Shown piece by piece: positions 1 to 14,100 of a stretch of DNA of 64,000 nucleotides. The first letter of the stretch is position 1. Each line of letters begins with the position of its first letter. The position numbers and the translations under genes are program-made. Below the pieces are notes generated by a model. That model ran no database searches, was not told the DNA's origin, and saw only the letters and a program-made list of their open reading frames with translations. Source of the stretch: Octopus bimaculoides (taxonomy: Eukaryota); the NCBI RefSeq assembly GCF_001194135.2, contig NC_068982.1:49523990-49587989 (forward strand), read 5' to 3'.

Positions 1-207
1 GGTGTTGGAGAGGTAAGGGCAAGTGCGGAAGCGTGGGCGGGAGCAAGGGAACGAGCCAGGTTGGGAGGTTGGGTTGGGGAAGAAGCTGTGGACCAAGAGG
101 TCTCGTAGGTTATGGACTCGTTTGAAGGAGGGGAGGGGTCAATTAGGGAAGATGTGGGAGGTGGAGGAGTCGGACTGGAGGCGCCGGAAAGCTCGGAGAA
201 TGGTTCT
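1..207 (-). mobile_element. Penelope-like retroelement fragment (RT-to-GIY-YIG linker, Neptune-type Cys motif)
   Basis: Minus strand reads RTILRAFRRLQSDSSTSHIFP, then after a frameshift FKRVHNLRDLLVHSFFPNPTSQPGSFPCSRPRFRTCPYLSNT. This matches the PLE linker pattern (L.SD..T..IF, NLRD.LV, PC..PRC.TCP). Runs off the window start. Confidence 0.75.
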
Positions 208-553
208 GGGTTCAGTCTCACTGCATTTTACCGTGGGCAAGTGTCTAGCCTCAGGCCAACCAAAGACTTGTGAGTGGATTTGGTAGACAGAAACTGAAAG
301 AAGCCCGTTGTATATATGTATACCTATGTGTGTGTGTCTCTTTGTGTCTGTGTTTGTCCCCCCCATCACTGCTTGACAACTGGTGTTGGAGTGTTTATGT
401 CCTTGTAATGTAGCAGTTCAGCAGAAGAGACAGACAGAATAAGTACCAGGCTTTCAAAAAATAAGTACTGGAGTTGATGCATTCGACTAAAAATTCTTCA
501 AGGTAGTATCCAGCATGGCCACAGTCTAATGACTGAAACAAGTAAAAGATGAA
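200..553 (+). mobile_element. Octopus-type tRNA-derived SINE, family A (5'-truncated head, CORE-like body, internal microsatellite, 3' half ending GACTGAAACAAGTAAAAGA)
   Basis: Same sequence recurs many times in the window, e.g. 2848-3038, 13020-13345, 18400-18560, 26545-26930, 30825-31145, 38820-39210, 45700-46060, 46800-46930, 52450-52620, 61230-61350, and reversed at 14100-14260, 33440-33620, 50915-51110, 51375-51545. Confidence 0.85.
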
Positions 554-555
554 AG

Positions 556-1409
556 ATTGTTGGATCAGGTGATGAAAGTCACAGAGAGGGTCATAGCCCA
601 ACTAATTAGGGAGAGAGCTAGTTTAGATGAGATGCAGTTTGGGTCTGTGCCAGGGAGAAGCACCATTGATGATATATTTCTGGTAAGACAGCCGCAGGAG
701 AAATTCCTAGCCAAAGATAAACCTTTGTACTTGGCTTTCGTTGACATGGAGAAAGCCTTTGACAGGGTCCTCCAATCCCTTGTCTGGTGGTCAATGTGGA
801 AATTAGGAATGGATGAGTGGATGGTGAGAGCTGTACAAATCATGTACCAGGATGCTGTCAGTAAGGTGAGGGTTGGCAATGAGTATAGTAAAGAATTCTG
901 GGTAGCAGTAGGGGTTCACCAAGGATCAGTCCTCAGCCCCCTCTTATTCATCATAGTCATCTAGGCAATAACAGAGGAATTCAAGACAGGCTGCCCCTGG
1001 GAGCTCCTCTATACTGGTGACCTTGCTCTAATAGCTGAGTCACTACCAAAACTAGAGAAGTTTCAGGTGTGGAAGCAAGGTCTAGCATTGAAAGGCCTTA
1101 AGGCCTTAGAGTCAATCTAGCAAAAACCAGTCTTAGTAAGTAGGAAGACAGACAAATCACAAATCCCTTCAGCTAGATGGCCCTGCTTGATCTGTAGAAA
1201 AGGCATAGGTAGAAACTCCATATGATGTACCCGGTGTAATGGACACATAAGAGATGCAGCAATATCAAAGGAAGGTTAACTGGGAAGATAGTTTTTGTGT
1301 GTGGCAGGTGCACAGGGACAATAAACACCAAAGATGCACAGAAAAAAGATTCCATCACATGCCAGGGGAAAAAACTAGAAGTAGTTGGTAGCTTCCATTA
1401 TCAAGGTGA
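556..1409 (+). mobile_element. RTE-clade LINE reverse transcriptase fragment, decayed
   Basis: ORF 557-964 has QFGSVPGRST, YLAFVDMEKAFDRV, VGVHQGSVLSPLLF. After a stop it continues AITEEFKTGCPWELLYTGDL (catalytic YADD mutated) and ends near KLEVVGSFHYQGD (FxYLG box). Confidence 0.95.
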
Positions 1410-1706
1410 TGCTTCTTATGTCCAACTTTTCTCTCAGAGTGCTTACACTCTGTCATGTATGCACACTGATATTACACATCCATACATTAGCAAGATTTAA
1501 ACATAGGCTGTGAAAAGCAGCAAAGCATTTTGTCCAATGTTCCAATAATTCTGTTATTCCATTATTCTAGAATTTTACATTATTTATCAATGAAAGGCAA
1601 AGCTGTTTCACACAGGTTTTGAACTCAAAGCTCAGGCAGCTGGGATAAAACACTACAAAGCATTCTACCTGACTCACAAACAATTTTGTCAATCTACCAC
1701 CTTAAA

Positions 1707-1707
<1 letters not shown>

Positions 1708-1746
<39 letters not shown>

Positions 1747-1749
1747 CAA
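1708..1749. repeat. (AAT)n microsatellite
   Basis: Direct reading. Confidence 0.95.
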
Positions 1750-1918
1750 TAAATAGCAACAATTACAGCAACAGTATGATTAGTCTTGCTTATTAAATAA
1801 ACGGGTATGTTGCAAAATGTCTGTCAACAGACTTAGCCAACATAATATCAGGAATTGTTAACAGATAAAACTGAAAATATTTGATTAGGATTTTATCTTC
1901 TCTTTTCTTGGTTACTGA

Positions 1919-2455
1919 CGTGTGTGTGTGTGTACCTCAATATATATTTGTTTATGCACTTATATATGTGTGTATATACATATACATGAGCGTATAATAG
2001 AAATACATATTATATATACATACATAATATATATATATATTCACATACACACACACATATATTTTATACATATATAGATATACTTATATAAATAATATAT
2101 AGACACACACAAATATATATACATTCACATGTATTATATATGTGTGCGCATGTGTGTGAGTGTGTCTGTATAGATAAGTATACATCTGTATATATTAGTT
2201 TATATACTTACATATATATTTGCATATATATGTGTGTATCCATATATCTGTGTGTATAATATAAACATAATGTATGTATATATATGCACACACATACATT
2301 TTATACATATATTGAGGTACATATATTATACCTAAATAATATAGCCATATATACATACACACACATTATATATACATAAAACATATATATTAACATATAT
2401 ACAAAATACATATATATGCTATGTATATATATGCATATATCCGTAATGTATATAT
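1919..2455. repeat. Degenerate (TA)n/(CA)n/(TG)n compound microsatellite
   Basis: Direct reading. Confidence 0.9.
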
Positions 2456-3195
2456 TTGGTGTAAAAATACTGCTGTCCCCTTTTTGTCTCTATTTAATTC
2501 AATACACTTAAAAGGAAATATGACTTAACTTTTTTGAGGCTTGAATAATTGAATTACTTTCAATTTCATTTTCAACTGAAAGAGTGAAACGCTGACAAAA
2601 TAACATCTACTATCCATTCAATGTTAATAGCAGGGAAATCATTTGCACATACACTAGTAATCATATGAGATAGGAAGATGAATAGGTCGAACCAAGCTTT
2701 TGTAGTTCAGTATTTTTCCGAAGCCAACTGTTCTCTGAAGTGGTTATGTCTGGATAATATATTAGTAATAGGTGTGTGTCACAATATGGTCTTTTATGTA
2801 AACAAGACGGAATTGAAGTTAAGTTTAATATTTGTCAAACATAGGTTGCAGGCATAGTTGTGTGGTTGGGAAATTCACTTCACGGTCATGTGGCTTCAGG
2901 CTCCATTTCATTGCATTGCTCCTTTGGGCAAGTGTCTTCTTCTATAGCCTCAGGTTGAACAATACCTTGGGGATGAAATTTGGTAGACATAAACTCTTCA
3001 GAAGCCCTCATACGAGTGTGTGTGTGTGTGTGTGTGTCCAAGAGTGAAAAGAGAGAGAGAGAAAGTGTGTTTGTTTCCATGTGTGTTCACAGTTGCAGTG
3101 CCTCAATCTCAATCTAAGACCAGCACTGGAGTCCGTTACCCACAGCAGTGTATTGGCTGAGAGGACAGCCTTCCTGTCTGATCATCAGCTAGAGA

Positions 3196-3421
3196 TTAAT
3201 CCTTCAGCACTTAAACTGGCCATATCTGACCCAAATATTCTACCTATTTTATGCTCAAACTGGTCAGATCTGGCCTCTTACACCAACCCTACAATATCAT
3301 TCTAAAATTAACAGTTAGCTCATCAAAATCTCAAAGCTACAGACTACTACATGACTAATTCAAAACAATGTGAATAAATAACCATTACTTTTGACAAATA
3401 ATGTGAATGCTAGAGGGTTAA
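3196..3421. mobile_element. piggyBac-like MITE family 1 (TTAA-CCCTTTAGCATT...AATGCTAAAGGG-TTAA)
   Basis: TTAA at both ends (3196-3199, 3418-3421) with degenerate CCCTTTAGCA termini; interior homologous to the other family-1 copies. Confidence 0.75.
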
Positions 3422-3596
3422 AGAAGAAGAAGCATAGTATCTTCACACATGGACATAAAAACTATTTGGGCAATGGTGATGTATGCCCTGCAGCTCAAGG
3501 ATTTTGAATTGTAAAGCCAATAGAATAATGCAAATACCTTATGAGAAAAAAACAAGAGTTGGTGACTAGAAGAATATCTAGCCCTGCATATGTATA

Positions 3597-4097
3597 CTAG
3601 CCTAAAAGCCATCCTATCAGGCGGCTTTTAAGCTAGTATATAGCTTTTAAGCAACTGACCCCAAATGGGAAGATCTGCAAACAGATGTCTGACTTGTCTT
3701 GGAGAATTTGTTGCAATTGCTTCCTCCAGAGTCATATCCCAATGATGATCATATTCATCGCAAAAAATCATGTAAAAAAATCACAGAAAATAACTGCTGG
3801 ATTTTGCAATTAATTTCGATTATTCCCAAAATTTATTTCCAAGTTATAAAAATTGTTATTGTACAAAAAAATTCGTTGCAAAAAATCACATTAAAAAAAA
3901 TCGCCTGAAACATGCGCAGTAACGAAAACTTGGGAATCCAAAATTTCAGGATTGCAGGTCTGGGTTCAGCCTGGAATGTTTTGATTTTATTCATAGAGTC
4001 GGCCTGATTCCAAAATGGTATAATATGTTGAGCTATGGCTTCTAGGAGTAAAACTGAAAAAGTGTGACACACTGACATTCGCATTTATTATATTAGA
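3597..4097 (-). mobile_element. Candidate non-autonomous Helitron
   Basis: Minus strand begins A|TCTAATATAATAAATGCGAATG and ends with a GC hairpin followed by CTAG|T, i.e. canonical TC...CTAG termini in an AT target, with no TSD. Confidence 0.55.
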
Positions 4098-4201
4098 TTA
4101 CCACAAGTTCCATTCAGCCCAAGCCAGCTGGGAAAAATGGATGAAAAGACAACAGTATTGCTGACAAAGCAGTCATTGTTATTTGTACATTGTTCACAAA
4201 C

Positions 4202-4415
4202 TTAACCCCTTAGCAGTTAAACTGGTCATATCTGATTCAAATATTCTACCTGTTTTATGTTCAAATCTGCCAGATCTGACTTCTAACACCTACCCTACAA
4301 AGTCATTATAAAATAAACAGTCACATCATCAAAATCTTGTAGTTATAAGATAATGCATAATTAATTCAAACAATGTGAATAAATAAGCATTATATTTGAC
4401 AGAGTAATATGAATA
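4202..4415. mobile_element. piggyBac-like MITE family 1, right end decayed
   Basis: Starts TTAACCCCTTAGCAG; interior matches 3196-3421. Confidence 0.7.
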
Positions 4416-6274
4416 TTAAAACATTAAAATATAAAAATAAAGACAATAGTTTTCTTTTAATAAAATGTCACATTTAATGGGATAAATTCATAGTAAAAAC
4501 AAACATAAGTATTGCAGAATAGCAGTCAGCAGCTGGTAATATTGTTGACTGGAGATCAATAATTTAAACTCTTTTCAACAGCATCATGCACTTCAGTATA
4601 GATGCTATGAGGAAATTTTTAAGATACTGATAATGTTTTCATCTAATTGTCAAATTGTAGCATTTTCACTTTTCATAAAAATACCTGTGAAACAAGAATC
4701 AGCTGAATTTCTCCTGCTTGAGCTGCTTATATTTCACTTCATAAATAAATGATAGGCAAAAATCATCTGAACACAAGACAACATGCCTTGCATTAGCTAG
4801 TTAGTTATGATATCTATTAATATTTAACCTTAACAAGCCAAACACTAACCCTCCAAAGTCAACTCTACCTTTCATCATTATTCCATGTATCCTAGAATAA
4901 TGCAACTCAGTCAAGATCAGTCCAAATTCTCCCAAAGTCAATTCTGCCTTTCATAATGCTGAGACAAATATTTTATCTACTCTGCAATGAAGAAAGACAG
5001 TCAGGTTGAAGAGTAAATTTATATCCCTCTGAAATATATTCTAAACATGAATGGAAGTATAACACAAGACTAACTTGAGATTTAAATCCAAGAAATTATC
5101 TTCAAAATGCATTGTGTATTACATCCCCCTCCCCCCAACCAGCTCACTACATTTCTTTGAAACTTCATATTTATATCTAGATTGAAATGGAATTTTGAGA
5201 TGCTGATTCTCATATTTACATAGAAATAAAAATAGAATTCTTCACTTTAAACCTTCCTCCAAATCCAGTTCCCAAAAATGGAATGAAATGGAATACCATT
5301 TTCGTCAATAGCAACAGTTACTGCTTCCACTGTTCTACCTATATGCATTTCTATGGAAACATGAACTGAAGAATAACACAACGTTCAGTGTTGCATTACT
5401 TCAAAAGTTGCAACTGCCACAACAACAACAACAACAACAACAACAACACCAATGCTGATAATGATAATAATAAAAAGAAAATGAAATGACACTTTTATGT
5501 TGTAATGGCATATGATGATATAAGAAGATTAACGCAAGATGAAAAAATACAGTAAATGCCTTCCTAATCTTGTAATAGTATACGAAGAACATACTTCGCA
5601 AATTTTAACAAAAGGATGCAGCCAAAACAGTTTGACAAGAAATATGTAAAGCAATCTTCTTAACTGTAACAGCAGAATATATATATATATATATATGAAT
5701 GTGTGTGTATATATTTATGTATATGTGTGTGTGCATGTGTGTATATTATGTGCATGTATGCATCTGTATGTGTGTTTGAGAGTATTCATATTTATATTTT
5801 ATGACAAGCTTAATGCTTTTGACATGACAGATTTCAACAGTACAATGTGCTATTTAGCATTCTACAAATTCTACAAAACAATGAATAGAAGAAAGGTAAG
5901 AATTGTGCCTGAGCAATACTTTTAAGTGCTGAAAGTAGTTTATTAAATGCTGAAGAAAAGGGATTCTTGTCAGAATTCACTTGAAGATGTTTACGATAAG
6001 ATGATGCATATTTAATGTTGAAAAGTAAGCGAAGCATTGCCTTGTGCATGAGGTATTTGCTATTTTATATGTGAGAAAGATAATCCTTTTTTAGCAAAAG
6101 AGATTTCTAAGGGTCCTTTTTATTTTTCAGTGTAAAAAATAAATATGTAAAAATAAAAAAAGACCTCAAACTATACTTCTATTTAGACAGTGTTGCCAAA
6201 ATTGATTCCGGTATAATTTGCATCTGAATAAACACACACACACGTATATTAATGTGAGTGAGCAAAGGATCTTA

Positions 6275-6483
6275 TGAGGGGGTGCTGAAAAGTTTCAAGC
6301 TTTAAGGGTATCACAAAGTCCTGATTGGAGGTTCTTCTGAGTTCTTTTACAGGGCTTAGCAAAACCGAAGGACTGCTGCAACAATAAGTTTGTGAATCTG
6401 AGAGGGGAATATGCTGAATAACATCATAATCAACTGATTGTCCTGTATTTTCTTTTACCCAAAGTCAGGAACTTTTGAGTACC

Positions 6484-6489
<6 letters not shown>
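6275..6489. mobile_element. Non-autonomous mariner-type MITE
   Basis: TA-flanked inverted termini TGAGGGGGTGCTGAAAAGTT / GGAACTTTTGAGTACCCCATCA. A partial copy of the same family lies at about 7846-7935. Confidence 0.75.
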
Positions 6490-6543
<54 letters not shown>

Positions 6544-6547
<4 letters not shown>

Positions 6548-7832
6548 GCTGAGTAAAAAAAGCAACGTTTCGAAACACGAAATTCATCACAATATATTCA
6601 ACAATGCGGAAATCTTATTCATCAAAGTAAGTACCATTACAATCAACACATTTTTGCCAACGAGTTACAAGTTTGTTTGTTCTGGTAACATAAAAATCTG
6701 GAGTTCTGGAGCTGATGAACTCTTTGAATGCACTTTCAGCATCAGTTTGATTTTTGAATTCCTTCTCTCACAGGAAACCATCAAGGTGCTTGAAAAAGTG
6801 GTGGTAAGTAGGAGAAAGGTCTGGGGAATAAGCTAGGTGAGGAAGAACTTTGTAACCAATTCCCTCAACTTCTGGAGCATCATTAGTGAAACATGTGGTC
6901 GAGCATTGTCATGAAGAATGATTGACCCTCTTCTGTTGACCAGTCTGGGATAGAGGAGTAGCAGTTTTTCATTCATTTTAGCAATTTCATGACAATATGT
7001 TTCTGCAGTAATGTTTTTTTCCAGGTTTTAAGAAGTTATAGTGGATAAGTCCAGTAGTATACCACCAAACAGTCACCATAACTTTCTTTTTGAAGAGCTC
7101 GGGTTTAGGGAAGGTTTTCAGTTCTTCGTTTTGGTCCAACCACTGCGAAGAATGTTTTTTATTACTGTACAGAATTCACTTTTCATTGCACTTTACAATA
7201 CGGTGAAGAAATGGATCGGTCTTGTTACGGAGAAGAAGCAACAAGCAAATTTCATATCTGCACATTTTCTGATTTTCATTCAAATCATGTGGAACCCTTT
7301 TGTCAAGAGTTTTTAACTTTCCATTCACAAGCAAATGGTTGCAGGCAGTTTTCTGGCGAACTTGAAGTTCTTTTGCCTGTTCACAAGTGGTTTTATGTGG
7401 ACCTTTCTCAATGGCAATCTTTAAACTGACCATCATCAATGACAAATGGGCGTCCACCACACACACTCACGATCTTCAAGGCTCTGGTCTTCACTGCAAA
7501 AATTCTTTAAACCATTTTCGAGCTGACCTATCAATAGTTATTTCCTCACTAAATGTTTCATTGATATTGTGAGCAGTTTCAGCTGCTTTGTGTCCTTTTT
7601 TGGAGTTGAATAGCAAAATTGCTTGAATATCACACTTTGACAGTTCCATTTCAGATGATTGTAAGACCAGTGAAAATAATATCAATGTTAATTTATTGAT
7701 GCATTTGGACAAGTCTATGTCTGTATTATCAGACAACTGCAAAAAAGATGTTTAAAAAAATTCAAAACTCTGCAAAAATCCAGTATAGATTCTTCATGAT
7801 TCAAAATGTTGCTTACTTTTTACTCAACTTGA
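6544..7832 (-). mobile_element. Full-length decayed mariner (DD34D-type) transposon; transposase pseudogene about 7649->6615
   Basis: TA-flanked TIRs TCAGGCTGAGTAAAAAA / TTTTTACTCAACTTGA about 1.29 kb apart. Minus-strand frames give MELSKCDIQAILLF..GHKAAETAHNIN (HTH), RVPHDL (WVPHEL box), HDNARPH, and a C-terminal WQKCVDCNGTYFDE*, with several frameshifts. Confidence 0.93.
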
Positions 7833-8201
7833 TATATATATACATGTAGGTTGCTGAAAAGTTCCTGGTTTTAAGGGTATTGTGAAAGCCTGGTTGGAGA
7901 CCCAACCTTCTGAGTTCTTTTACAGGGCTTAGAATATTTAATGGAAAAGAACCGGAGTGATAAATATAAGGAAGGATAGATAGATAAACAGACAGACAAA
8001 TAGACAGCAAGGGATAGAGAGGAGAAAAGATAATATACAGCTATATTACAGTTGATGGTAAAGAGATTGAATACAAATAGCAAAAGGGAAGGAAATATAA
8101 GTATAAATAAACAACTCCAAGAAATGTGTGTTAGATACAGAATTTGTTAAGGCCATGTGAAGCAGAGAGAGGGGAAAGTAATGGAAGAAAAAGAAAGCAA
8201 G

Positions 8202-8203
8202 TG

Positions 8204-8257
<54 letters not shown>

Positions 8258-8268
8258 AGAGAGAAAGG
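8202..8268. repeat. (GA)n microsatellite
   Basis: Direct reading. Confidence 0.9.
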
Positions 8269-10218
8269 GAGAATGATGGATGTCAATAATGAGTGAGTCA
8301 TAAGTATGTTTAAAAATAACTGTTACTTAGAAACAAATCCTTTGACCAGATCTCATGTATTGTCCTCTAAAAACTTCCAGTTACTGGTCCCCCCCACCCC
8401 TACGTAAAGAACCTTAAGAACCATTTACAAAAAAGCAATAAAAACAAAAACAAAATCTTTCTACTTCTGTCAAAATCCCACTGGGCTTAACAAGGACAAG
8501 TTTACTGCTTACAGAACAACTTGACCAAAGAAATCCATTTCTGTTAAAATATTACGTTTTCTGTAACAACATTAAGGTATTGTCAAACTCATTATGACAT
8601 GGAATCCCAAGTTGGCTTTGTATTTTCATCTCAATTGTGGTTAATAAAATAAGCAGCAATAATATATGAGGAAATAATTCAATAAACCAGACTCACACAA
8701 ACACACTATTCCTTTCTATTATAATATTAGTTTTCTGCCAATTCATATGAAATCCCTGTGATGCTGATGAAAGAAAAAAAAATGGGAAATTGAGATACAT
8801 TATATTTTTGGGTTTCATGGTTTGCTCTTCTGATTTCAGGTTCTATAGTAGTTGACAAAGCATGTCATATCTTAAGGGATTATTCTATCAAATGTAACCA
8901 TTCCTATTTGCAGAAACAGTCTAGTATCTAAGGGAGAAACTATATTCATAATTGCAAACAATGTGTTTGTAGTAGATTTTTATAGTTGTGACTTTAAAAA
9001 AAATACTGCATTATGCTATTGACAAGCAAGAGATATATTTTTCAATTCTGGTCAATGAATCTGTTTATTTTTTCTGTTTCAAATTGAAGATTATGATGTG
9101 TAATACTATATACATTAAAAACATTATATATTAATTCATAGATACTGTATTAATGGTCGTTTTTAATCTGTCATGAATCCAGACACCATTCACTTATGTA
9201 ATCCTTCATTGCAAATTATTCAACCATATCAAAATGAAGCCATTTAACCTCTGTATATTGGTATATTTGCCTATATCAAATAAAATATTTAGCTGTGATA
9301 TTTGTCAACATACAAATATTCAAGCATAATACTGACCATATTAATCCTCCCAATTACAGGAACATTGATATTACTCCAAACTATTTCTTTAAAAAAACAG
9401 AAGTAAAAAAATCAAACCATTCTCTTCATAATCATAAGAATACACTTAATTCTATTTTAGCCCTTCTGTGTTATTGACATAGTATTTAAAGAGTGACATC
9501 AAATCTATGCTTCACCTGTCTCCCAAATAAACATTACCGGTTCACATTAAAATTTCTAAATCAAAGATAAGACACACTGTGAGATGTGCTGAATAAGTCA
9601 ATATCATAACGTCAACTTAAATAAAAATCCAAGTTTTAAAAAAATGCAGCTTCCAAACATCAATGTTGACAGTTTCTTTTTTTTTTTTATCAGCATGGGT
9701 TGGATAGGTCTGCAAATTCAGTGTATCACTATTTTTTTTTTTTCCTGAATCACCATATTTTTGTCTGTTAGATCCAAGTATTTTATCTCCTCACTATTTT
9801 TTTCTATATCTTCCATTCTATGAGATTTTCTAATACTGGTATCTATCACAGTTAGTATATAACATTCCACTATAATACATTAACTAAGAGGATTGTAATA
9901 AATAGAGTACAGTACACTAAACCCAACCGTTCATTACATATTTCACTTTTTTTTCCAAATGGGTGTGATACTGTATTTTCTTGCATATGTGTTGAAATTT
10001 TCAGACCAAAATTTACAATCAAATGAAGATGAATTGACTTATACACCAAGACAATGCAGCAGGATTTGGAAAGGCAGTGATGATGTTTGAATACTATTAC
10101 ATGTTTACACTATATTCTATGCAGACTTGTTTGCCAGAGTATACGATAAACTATTTCAATATTTATTTCAAAATAGAAAATGTGCATAAAAATAAAAGGT
10201 ATTTCATGCTGAGCCTCT

Positions 10219-10446
10219 TTAACCCTTTAGCATTCATGTTATTCTGTCAAATGTACTGCTTATTTATTCACATTGTTTTGAATAAATCATGCACTATCTC
10301 ATAGCTTGGAGATTTCAATGATGTGATTGTTTATTTTAAAAATAACATTGCAGAATAGGGGTAAGAGGCCGGATCCATCCAGTTTCACCATAAAATAGTT
10401 AGAATGTTTAGACTGGGTATGGTCAGTTTAAATGCTAAAGGGTTAA
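10219..10446. mobile_element. piggyBac-like MITE family 1, best-preserved copy (opposite orientation to 3196)
   Basis: TTAA CCCTTTAGCATT ... AATGCTAAAGGG TTAA with perfect termini. Confidence 0.85.
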
Positions 10447-13400
10447 AAAAATTTTTTTTTTTTTTAGTTATTCAGTAGGAAATGAGAAGGACTCATCACA
10501 ATTGTAGACAAGAGAAATTTCATGTAGTTGATGTTTATTATGAACTTCTGCAGGATGATGACAGCAAGAAAATATGGACCAGATTGCTAAAGGACTACTG
10601 TCTAAGAAGGAAGGTTTGAGGAAAGTGTTTAGAACAGGTTCTCGTGGCTATGAGATAACAAGCATAAGATGTGAAAGACAGAATGACACATGGGTCAAGT
10701 AGTTTTTTTACCTTTTTTTGATACAATCTAGGATATTTGTGCGAGTCCCCAGTATATAAACAGTACTATAACTGTGTTAAATATTTTGAGACTATTGTTA
10801 GTACTGATGAAATAATATTTCACAAACACTACAAATAGCATGATCTTTGTTCACCATCTAGTGCTATACTTCCTATAGGTAATCTACATGCACTCAAACT
10901 AGGCTTGAACTCACAGACTCTAAAGTCACACATAGTCCCTATATTCTTATCTTACAAGACACCTCAACAATGAAGAGAAATGGAAACACTTGGATGACAG
11001 TCGTTTACAAATCAGAAAAGATATGGTTAATACTTCAAAATGTTATTCCAAAACTATGACTCTTGACTCTTTTACATGCTTCTGTCCCTAGATTGTTACC
11101 ATGCTGGGGCATTTCTTTTGTATTCTATGCTCTGTTGTCAAAAAGTTTTAAACTAATTCATTACTGATGGCAATGTCTGGTATAATTCTGAAAAAGGAAA
11201 TAACAAATCTAAAGTCAGATTTTGACTGCTGAATCATAAACACTTATTGAATCCTTTAGAACTGTCCTGACAGACATATATATACAAGTTCAGCTGTGTT
11301 CCAGAGAAGGTCTGCCAGGGAAACAATCGTTATATTTTTACACTTGACATAGGTTTGGTTTCTTAGGAAACAAAGATGATGGGCGAGAGACCAAGAATTA
11401 TCTCATCAATCTAGCAATGTTTATCAATTCTATTTTTATACTTTCCAACATGTCTACTTGGATTTTTGGTTTTTTCCAATTTTAAACAAGAATTGAGTGA
11501 ATGTAAACGTATACAAAACCTTATGATAAAAGGTGATATTTTAATCAATAAAGCAATGATTTCTTTTTTTTTTTTTTAAATCATTTATATTCATTTCTTC
11601 TTAAAAAACAACAAAATAATGATGTTGATAATATTATAATTCTGACATAAAAGATAATGATTTTGATTGCTTGAATGAAAACAAAGGTGTAGTATACCCC
11701 CTCCCCTTCTTTGCCATACACTTACAAATACACATGCTGCTATACATACAAATACACTGTTCGCTTATTTCTAAAGATAAAACATTTTTTTATCTTAAAA
11801 AGATAAAATTCTTATATGAAATTATTTTTAAGATATGTCAATATGCATCAATATTGAATCATGTATTGATACAGGAATCCATATCTGTGAACATTAAATT
11901 CTTGCAGTCTCAGCAGTTATAGAATATAATGTAGAATTATTAATGTTTCAGAGAAAAATATACAAGCCATTTTTACCTGCAGCAATTTATCAACCATAGA
12001 GAAAAACTACCAGCTACAGTGAATCTTTCTTTAAAAAAGCTGCCAAAAATCATTCAAAGGATATCACGTGAAGCAGATTTCAAGTTGTCATAGCAATCTA
12101 ATTACTGGTAACAAACATTGTTACATTGTATCAGTGCTATTCAACACTATGAAAATGTTGTATTGCTATATGATCTTGTGATTTATAATAGCAACAGCAA
12201 CAAACATTGATACAGTTCCATAGAACACTGCAGAAGTGCTCTCTATATATCTGTGCTAATAATACTAGATGCAATGATACTGCATTGGTTCTTTAAAATC
12301 TGCAGCAGAACTATTCAGTCCTGTGTTTTTATAATAATGAGTTCAAATGTTAGCAACCCAAATGCAAATTGGTATGATTGATTGAACTGACTTGACGCTA
12401 TTACCAGTACTTATTTTCAATGATTCTGGAGAGATAAAAGGCAAAGTTGCTCTTGGCAGTATTTGAACTTGGGCTGTATATTCAATAAACACAGTCAATT
12501 ATAAAACATGGTACTTTGCTTCTTTTGCAACTCCTCCTCATTCTTGTATTTCCATTATGATTTCTAATCTATTTTAACACCAAAATTTGAAATTGAATTA
12601 AATATGCAGAAGGGACTTTAACAATAAAGACAACCATGACAACAATGTAACAAGGTAAATATTAGTGAGAGAGGCAGTATTAATACCAAGAGGTAATATT
12701 TATACCCTCTTAAACGTGGATGTTCTGTTAGAAGAAACTATACTGAGGTAGATACCATGAGGGAAACTCTAACATTGACTTCTTGGTGCACAATGCACTC
12801 TATATTGCTATAAATATGTAGAGACTTCATTTAGGCATAGAGTAGATTCGAACCTGAATCTGCCAATTTCTCTTAACATTGCAACAGCATTTTTCTCATA
12901 GAAAAACAATAGTTGACAGGAGTGACAATTTATGTATTTTCAGTTTAACTCTTGACCTCTTCTATGCCACCAAAAATATACACACACATACACATACATA
13001 TGCACACTTTACAGTACATGGCATCTTGGACAAGTATTTTCTTCTATAGCCCCATACCTACCAAAACTCCAAAGCTTTGAGAGTGGATTTGGTACACAGA
13101 AACTTAAAGAAGTCTGTATAATATATATATATATACATACACACACACACACACACATCTTTCTGCTTGTGTTGTATTTGTCCTCCCATCACTGCTTGTC
13201 AGTAGTGGGGAGACAAATACAGTACAAGTGCATCAATGAAAGAGACCGACAGAATAAGCATCAGATTTTAAAAAATAAATACTGGGCTTAATTTGTTCAG
13301 CTAAACCCTTCAACATGATGCCCCAGTACAGCTATGGTCTAATGAATAAAACATGTAAAAGATATACACAAACACACACATACACACAAACACATGGGAT

Positions 13401-13571
13401 GGTTGCCTCCCCTCTCAGCATGTGTGTATACATTTTGTGCTCTGCCTACAACGTTAAAAGTATCTTAACTCTTATTTCTAGCAATGTAGGTGCTTCGACA
13501 CCCTTAGTCACACTTAATGATGATTGAATCTTTCCTTTATGGTATCATACTGCACCTGACTGTTTATATTA

Positions 13572-13605
<34 letters not shown>

Positions 13606-13919
13606 ATATAATTATGTATGTATGTATGTGAGTGTGTGCTATGATATGGCAGATTATCTCTTGTCAAATGCCTCTAATTATTAATCAAGATATATTGTTA
13701 GTGTAATTCTACAGTGTAATTTGTATTGTATTATATTATACAATGCAGTAATTGTATTCTCAGCAGTAGCTTAATGTTTATACTGTTTGATTAGAAACAA
13801 ACCTAATTTCATCTGTGTTTGTGTAATGTTTTACATACACACATCTTTAATCTTTCACTTTGTACCTGTTTCAGTTATTGGACTGTAAGCATGCTGGGGC
13901 ACTGCCTTGCAGGGGTTAG

Positions 13920-14100
13920 TCCAGCGTTTCTAAAAACTGGTGTTCCCTAGAACCCTTGGGTTCTGCAAAAGGTTCCTAGGGGTCTCCTGAGAAAGAGTGA
14001 GATAAGCTAATACTAATTTCATGATCGTAATATTACTATGCATGCACAATATGTTATTGGTTATAGTAATATTGATTAGGCTCTCCACTCCTCAAAACAT
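13920..14100. mobile_element. Truncated hAT-like MITE end
   Basis: Begins CAGCGTTTCTAAAAACTGGTGTTCC..GAACCC, resembling CAG-initiated hAT/Charlie-type termini. No matching second end found. Confidence 0.35.

Noticed and set aside
4650-4684. Possible minus-strand terminal exon GIFMKSENATI* after a strong acceptor
   Set aside because: Only 35 nt; strong-looking acceptors are common in AT-rich introns and there is no independent support.
5843-5897. Possible plus-strand micro-exon TMCYLAFYKFYKTMNRRK with AAG|GTAAGA donor
   Set aside because: Weak acceptor, opposite strand to the supported exons, no homology recognised.
11145-11190. Possible minus-strand terminal exon RIIPDIAISNELV*
   Set aside because: Acceptor only; all frames close quickly; indistinguishable from chance.
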